Positions 58,989 through 64,000 of a DNA stretch of 64,000 nucleotides are shown here, piece after piece. This DNA is from a bacterium. GTDB taxonomy: Bacteria; Desulfobacterota_D; UBA1144. Each line of letters starts with the position of its first letter. Position 1 is the first letter of the stretch. A model generated the notes under the pieces. It was not told the origin of the DNA. It saw only the letters and a program-made list of their open reading frames with translations, and did no database searches. A program made the position numbers and the translations under genes. Location of the stretch: contig JABILG010000002.1 in assembly GCA_018654605.1 (NCBI GenBank), positions 12,817 through 76,816 on the forward strand, read 5' to 3'.

Positions 58989-61420
58989 TTATTTACCTCA
59001 ATCTTTCTGATAGTAATTGACCTAATAACGATATCTTTTTCCGAAATATTTTTCCTAACAGAAATAGTTAATGGACTTAGCTTTGTCCCTTTAACCTTCT
59101 CTGTTAAAGTAAAAACTAAATTCCCATCAGAAAGAAAACTTTTACCCCATTTTGTTACAAGAATAGAGAAAAGGTTCTTATTGTTAATTGTTCCATTATT
59201 ACTCTTAATAAAGACCTGATAGGATCCTGGATCAACAGGGATACCTATGTTAACTGACAAGGCATTCCCAGAATATTTATTCTGAAGATTTATTAATCCA
59301 TTTTGCATTGTTATACCAGGTGCGGTTGATATTGTATCATCAGAGAAATGAAAAAAATCTTTATTGTACATGCTATTTGCATTGCAATTGATAGAGTTAA
59401 AAATTATATAGTTCTCTAATCTTGTAGATGCTTTTGGATTATCAAGAATTTGAGACGCGCTTTCGTCAACACAAGGACTTGGGAATAATTGCACAATTTT
59501 TTTAATTTCATTAGCTATAAGATTTTTACTTGTATAAGATCTTATACTTTGGATAGGATTACTATGTGAAGGAAGAATATTTATAATACTAAACTCCGTT
59601 TTTAAATTTCTAATATCATAATATAAATAGCTCATATTAATTAACGGTTCTAAATTAAATCTTTTCTTAATGTCCGCTGCAATACTTTCTCCCTTATCGC
59701 TAAATCCTCTTTTTTCAACCATAAGACCTGTGTAACCATAATAAATGGCATGCTTAATCATCTCACTTACATTTTTAGACATAGAGCTTAATTGGCTATT
59801 GATATTACAAGGAATCCCTTCTCTCATAGCCATTGCTGCGAATCTAACATCTTTATTAATTAACAGATAGGGCCATAAATTTCTGTAGCTTGTACCAAGT
59901 ATGTCTTTTGTTTCCTGAAAACAAACATATGGAACCTGAAGGATCATATCCTTTTCATCTATTATCTTATCTAGCTCTTCAAAGAATAATTTTTCTTCTT
60001 CATAAATTGAACCTTCACTTGGTATATTTTTTTTATTAAAGTGTGGCTTGCTACCTCTCATATCGATTAAAGAAAAGGACACAACAACTAAAAATAATAA
60101 AACTGACAAAGCATTTAAGTAAGGTTTAGTAAATTCTTTAATCAGAAAGTTATTTCGCTTAGACATGCTATATAAAAGTTCTAATATAATTGCCCCACTC
60201 ATTAATGATAAGCAGAGAATCCATGGGGTTATCCTGTAATTTGATCCTAGAACCAAAAAATCAAAATATAAATAAAAACTGGTTAAGAAACCACCTCTTA
60301 CAAATACTAGTATAAGAAATATTATTAGCCCACCGATAAATGCGATTCTCTTAAGAGGTGAATCATCCGAACTAAACTTCTTAAAGAAACATATAATCGA
60401 AAAAAGAAAACAGGATATTCCAAATAGTCCTATATATGAAATATTAAAGAAATCTCTTATCTGGGTTCCTTGAGAATAAAGTTGAGAATAAAACTTAAAG
60501 GAATCAAAAACATGGTTTTTTACTGGAACAAAGAAGTCCACTATTGAGACAGAATAAAGAGTAGTATGGATAAAATTACGTGTCATATAATTAAACGTAA
60601 AATGCGAATCCAATCTAAATAATAAATGTGGATAAATATTAAATAAAATTGCTAGTAAATTAATTCCAATAAAAAATAAAATTAATCTCATTTTTATAAA
60701 ATCTTTTTGCTCCACAATTAATTGCTTGATAAGCAAGAAAGATAACAATATCAAGGTATAAAAAGCACTAAAAAGACTTAATGTAACGCTTAGAAAAAGG
60801 ATAGTCGCAATAAAGATAGTTTGCTTAGATTTTAACAAATTTATAAAATTAAAATTTCTAAAATCTTTAAAATTTATATAAAAAATGGAACCTAGAACTA
60901 AAGGAACAAATATGACACCTACAAGAACAGTTGCATGATGTATGTTGTGCACAAACATAAAGGGCATAAATGAATAAATTAAGCTGATACCCAGTGAAAC
61001 TAAGTTCGAGACTTTAATAAAATGTCTTAAGGAGATAAACATTGAAAGAGCTGATAGCGGAAAAAGCGAATAATAAAAGATTCTATATATCTCTAATAAA
61101 TCATTCTCAAATAAACTTATTATGAAATAATAAGACCCTATTCCAATGTTTCGCCATGGCCAATAATTTTGATCAGATATCAATGGAGCTCCCATATGGG
61201 GATTCTCAAAAATATGATTGGTAAGACCAGATGTATACAATTTTAAATAAGAAAGTTCAATTGTAGTATCAGAATGTCCACTAGCAAGCAAAACATAGTC
61301 TAAGAAATGACTACCAGCAATATGTTCAGATAACAAAATCGTGATTATAGGTACAAGAAAATAACAAATCTGAGTTGCATATCTCTGAATGAACCTTTGC
61401 ATACTGCAAATATACCACAT
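58985..61420 (-). CDS. Polytopic membrane protein, paralog B (same family as 56571-58988)
   Basis: 811 aa; collinear with paralog A (NPHMGAPLISDQNYWPWR, FNIYPHLLFR, HFTFNYMTRNFIHTTLYSVSIVDFFVPV, INSQLSSMSKNVSEMIKHAIYYGYTGL). Its stop overlaps the start of A in ATGA. Confidence 0.6.
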   Translation of the reverse strand: MWYICSMQRFIQRYATQICYFLVPIITILLSEHIAGSHFLDYVLLASGHSDTTIELSYLKLYTSGLTNHIFENPHMGAPLISDQNYWPWRNIGIGSYYFIISLFENDLLEIYRIFYYSLFPLSALSMFISLRHFIKVSNLVSLGISLIYSFMPFMFVHNIHHATVLVGVIFVPLVLGSIFYINFKDFRNFNFINLLKSKQTIFIATILFLSVTLSLFSAFYTLILLSFLLIKQLIVEQKDFIKMRLILFFIGINLLAILFNIYPHLLFRLDSHFTFNYMTRNFIHTTLYSVSIVDFFVPVKNHVFDSFKFYSQLYSQGTQIRDFFNISYIGLFGISCFLFSIICFFKKFSSDDSPLKRIAFIGGLIIFLILVFVRGGFLTSFYLYFDFLVLGSNYRITPWILCLSLMSGAIILELLYSMSKRNNFLIKEFTKPYLNALSVLLFLVVVSFSLIDMRGSKPHFNKKNIPSEGSIYEEEKLFFEELDKIIDEKDMILQVPYVCFQETKDILGTSYRNLWPYLLINKDVRFAAMAMREGIPCNINSQLSSMSKNVSEMIKHAIYYGYTGLMVEKRGFSDKGESIAADIKKRFNLEPLINMSYLYYDIRNLKTEFSIINILPSHSNPIQSIRSYTSKNLIANEIKKIVQLFPSPCVDESASQILDNPKASTRLENYIIFNSINCNANSMYNKDFFHFSDDTISTAPGITMQNGLINLQNKYSGNALSVNIGIPVDPGSYQVFIKSNNGTINNKNLFSILVTKWGKSFLSDGNLVFTLTEKVKGTKLSPLTISVRKNISEKDIVIRSITIRKIEVNK

Positions 61421-61432
61421 TGAATTTATTGA

Positions 61433-62872
61433 TTAAGCTTTAATTCTTATAGTAGAAAAAGCTTCTAGAGCTCTATCTCTTGACTTGGTTAGTTCAACTA
61501 TAGGTTCGGGATAATCAGATCCCAATTCAATGTTTGCCTCGCTAAGAACTTCTATTGGTGCTTCCCATGGGCTGAATATGTATTTATTAGGAAGTTGTTC
61601 TAGCTCAGGTATGAACTTCTTAATATATGTTCCATCTGGATCAAATCTTTTACCTTGGAGTATAGGATTAAAAATCCTAAAATATGGAGCTGCATCTGCA
61701 CCAGAACCCGCAACCCATTGCCAACTAGCACTATTACTTGCCAAATCGGCATCTATTAAACAATCCCAGAACCACTCCTCACCTTTATGCCAATGTAACA
61801 ATAAATTTTTAACTAAAAAGGAGCCTACAATCATGCGAACTCTATTGTGCATATACCCTGTTTGCCAAAGCTCTCTCATTCCAGCATCGACTATTGGATA
61901 CCCAGTAAGTCCTTTTTTCCATTTATCAAACGAGATTTCATTCTCAATCCATGGGAAATTGTCGAACTTTTTTTGTAAATTTTCTCTAGGCAATTCAGGA
62001 AAATGAAATAATAAATTATATGAAAACTCTCTCCAACCTAATTCACTTAGAAAATGGTCTAAATCTTTTTCAATTCCAAATATCTCTTTTTTAAGTTTTG
62101 CTCTGTGCCATACTTGATTCGGAGAAATCTCACCATAATGCATATGAGCTGATAGTTGTGATACGTTTTTCTTCGATGGAAAATTTCTACCCTCTTTATA
62201 TCCTAAAAGTCCGTCGCTTAAAAAACTCTCAAGCTTCTTATGTGCTCCTTTCTCTCCTGGCTCCCAATGCTTTTCCATTTCTTTGTACCACTTAATTCTT
62301 GGTAATAAGTTTAAATCATCTAATTGCAAGATATTCTCTTCATCCTCAAACAATGTATTCAAATTAGGGGCGGACAATGGCTCCCTTGGTGGTTCGGACA
62401 TTAAGCAGCCCTTTCTATAGTAAGGAGTAAATACCTTATATGGTGTATTATCAGATTTTAGAATTTCCCAGGGTTCCCACAATAAGGCTGAGTTAAAAGT
62501 TTCTACAATTATATTTTTTTCAATAAATTTAGATTTTATTCTCTTGTCTCTTTCTATTCTCCAAGGTTCATAACATCTATTCCAGAAGATTCCTTTAATA
62601 TTAAATCTGGAAGATAAAGATTCTAAGATTTCTGAGGGGTCTCCTTTGTAAAGAGATAATTTATTATCTAGATTTTTATTTAATTCTCTTAATGAGTTAT
62701 GAAGCCACCAACGACTTGCAGCACCCATAGCACAATCATTGGAATTTGTATCATCTAAAATATAGATAGGAAGAACTTTGTCGGACGTTAATGACTTTGA
62801 TAAACCCGGATTATCTATAATACGCAGGTCTTGTCTAAACCAAAAAATTACAATGTTTTCGTTAGTATTCAT
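61433..62872 (-). CDS. phr: Deoxyribodipyrimidine (CPD) photolyase
   Basis: 479 aa; N-terminal IVIFWFRQDLRIIDNPGL; FAD-binding C-terminal motifs WREF, GYMHNRVRMIV, LIDADLASNSASWQWVAGSGADAAPYFRIFNP. Confidence 0.9.
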   Translation of the reverse strand: MNTNENIVIFWFRQDLRIIDNPGLSKSLTSDKVLPIYILDDTNSNDCAMGAASRWWLHNSLRELNKNLDNKLSLYKGDPSEILESLSSRFNIKGIFWNRCYEPWRIERDKRIKSKFIEKNIIVETFNSALLWEPWEILKSDNTPYKVFTPYYRKGCLMSEPPREPLSAPNLNTLFEDEENILQLDDLNLLPRIKWYKEMEKHWEPGEKGAHKKLESFLSDGLLGYKEGRNFPSKKNVSQLSAHMHYGEISPNQVWHRAKLKKEIFGIEKDLDHFLSELGWREFSYNLLFHFPELPRENLQKKFDNFPWIENEISFDKWKKGLTGYPIVDAGMRELWQTGYMHNRVRMIVGSFLVKNLLLHWHKGEEWFWDCLIDADLASNSASWQWVAGSGADAAPYFRIFNPILQGKRFDPDGTYIKKFIPELEQLPNKYIFSPWEAPIEVLSEANIELGSDYPEPIVELTKSRDRALEAFSTIRIKA

Positions 62873-62958
62873 TTAATAAAACTATAACTAATAATGCTGC
62901 TTATTAATAAAAGTAAGATTGAAATTTTATTTTAGTATTAATTGGCTAAAATATTTAT

Positions 62959-63576
62959 ATGCCAGAACCAATATATTGGAAAAAAGCACAAAAATACTTG
63001 TCTATGAAGGACAAGAAGCTTTCTAAAATTATTTCACAATATAAAGGGCATATTAAAACAAGAAATAATCCTTTTTATTCATTATGTAAAGCTATAGTTG
63101 GTCAGCAAATATCCGTTCAATCAGCAGATTCCGTTTGGAAAAGGTTTAGCAATAAGTGCAAAAGGGTCTCCCCTAAGAATGTTGAATCTTTAACCGTTCA
63201 AGAAATTAGAGATTGTGGTATAACAAGACAAAAGACTGAATATATAAAACTACTTTCTATTAACTTTATAAATAAAAATTTCAAAACTTCAGAATTAAAA
63301 AATTTAAATGACGAAGAAGCTATTTCCTACTTGTGTAAGAATAAAGGTATAGGCAAATGGACTGCTGAAATGTTCTTAATATTTAACCAAAATAGACAAA
63401 ACTTATTTCCCATACAAGACATAGGGCTACTAAAAGGAATATCGCGGACGTACGCAACCCCCTACCCTCCATCACAAAAAGACTTGGATAAATTTAGGAA
63501 AAAGTGGAGTCCGTTTTGTACAGTAGCAACATGGTATATGTGGAGAAGCGTTGACCCTGTGGAAGTTGAATACTGA
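62959..63576 (+). CDS. HhH-GPD superfamily DNA glycosylase (AlkA-like 3-methyladenine glycosylase II)
   Basis: 205 aa; helix-hairpin-helix GIGKWTAEMFLIF followed by the catalytic Asp region QDIGLLKG. Confidence 0.7.
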   Translation: MPEPIYWKKAQKYLSMKDKKLSKIISQYKGHIKTRNNPFYSLCKAIVGQQISVQSADSVWKRFSNKCKRVSPKNVESLTVQEIRDCGITRQKTEYIKLLSINFINKNFKTSELKNLNDEEAISYLCKNKGIGKWTAEMFLIFNQNRQNLFPIQDIGLLKGISRTYATPYPPSQKDLDKFRKKWSPFCTVATWYMWRSVDPVEVEY

Positions 63577-63657
63577 AAAGATTAGTTCTCTATCCAATTG
63601 CAGCCGGGTCTACCTTTTGTTTTTCATTTAGGCTTATAAAGAGAGGGGGTCTTAACT

Positions 63658-63801
63658 TCACTTTTTAGGTAATTTGATTATATTTTTTTTTGACCTACAT
63701 TGATTACTGCAATATATAACCTTATCCCAAATTGCCTTCCATTTCTTCCTGTTTTTGAATTCTCTATTACAAACAGGGCAAATTTTAAAAACTTTATTCA
63801 T
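63658..63801 (-). CDS. DUF2256 zinc-ribbon small protein (47 aa), not in the supplied ORF track
   Basis: Minus-strand translation MNKVFKICPVCNREFKNRKKWKAIWDKVIYCSNQCRSKKNIIKLPKK. The pattern KxCxxCxRxFxxRKKWxxxWDxVxYCSxxCR is the DUF2256 signature. Confidence 0.65.
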   Translation of the reverse strand: MNKVFKICPVCNREFKNRKKWKAIWDKVIYCSNQCRSKKNIIKLPKK

Positions 63802-63820
63802 AGTTTAAATATACTAAGTT

Positions 63821-64000
63821 TTATAAACTTGAGTGGGTTCCATCACATAATCCATTATTAGATGAGTTCTTACAGCCACAAAAATAAACTTTTTTGCTTT
63901 CTTTTGCTTCGAACTTTAATGGGGTAAAACCTGTACCTTTGTGAGAACCATTACAGAAAGGTTGATTTTCGCTGAGACCGCAAGTGCAATAAAAATAGGT
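63821..64000 (-). CDS. CDGSH-type iron-sulfur domain protein, C-terminal 59 aa only (the N-terminus lies beyond the window end)
   Basis: Minus-strand translation ...TYFYCTCGLSENQPFCNGSHKGTGFTPLKFEAKESKKVYFCGCKNSSNNGLCDGTHSSL*. There are two CxC-x(n)-C-[DN]-G-[ST]-H motifs. Confidence 0.6.
   Translation of the reverse strand, partial: TYFYCTCGLSENQPFCNGSHKGTGFTPLKFEAKESKKVYFCGCKNSSNNGLCDGTHSSL

Overview
This is an AT-rich (about 30% GC), tightly packed bacterial chromosome segment. Many neighbouring genes overlap by 1-17 nt and intergenic spacers are short. I found no transposases, integrases, CRISPR arrays or phage genes. The gene content and order point to an alphaproteobacterium: rpsU-dnaG-rpoD, tig-clpP-clpX-lon, rpoN-ptsN followed by a short alphaproteobacterial-type HprK and an EIIA-Man protein, and ilvBNC, leuCD, recA. 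Together with the streamlined layout this suggests a SAR11/Pelagibacterales-like genome, which is my inference only. From about 1 to 55.5 kb the window is core housekeeping: UvrA C-terminus, Asd, DapA, RNase HII, SurE, Apt, AroB, TrmB, PlsC, a type I-beta DAHP synthase, PurN, Tkt, Eno, LeuCD, TrpS, Lon, ClpXP, Tig, an M16 peptidase, PssA, Psd, IlvCNB, TsaB, RecA, CinA, CysS, Nnr, TsaE, LysC, a CimA-like synthase and CoaX. RNA genes are five tRNAs on the minus strand (Arg-ACG, Ser-GCU, Asp-GUC, Val-UAC, Leu-UAG) and a 5S rRNA that is not linked to 16S or 23S, has its own sigma70-like promoter, and sits 12 nt upstream of purN. The least ordinary part is 55.6-64 kb. It holds a convergent cluster of small proteins (a Cys-rich 68-aa protein, an acidic 55-aa ORF, a DUF4177 protein, a 93-aa protein) next to two tandem paralogous polytopic membrane proteins of about 800 aa with a glycosyltransferase-C-like architecture. 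Next comes a photolyase neighbourhood: CPD photolyase, an HhH-GPD glycosylase, a 47-aa DUF2256 zinc-ribbon ORF missing from the ORF track, and a CDGSH iron-sulfur protein cut by the window edge. Other points: a near-identical promoter and leaderless-start module duplicated in front of clpP and an orphan radical-SAM gene; an isolated crotonyl-CoA carboxylase/reductase homolog; and a hypothetical gene bracketed by tRNA pairs. All protein-family calls rest on motifs read directly from the translations; I ran no database search.
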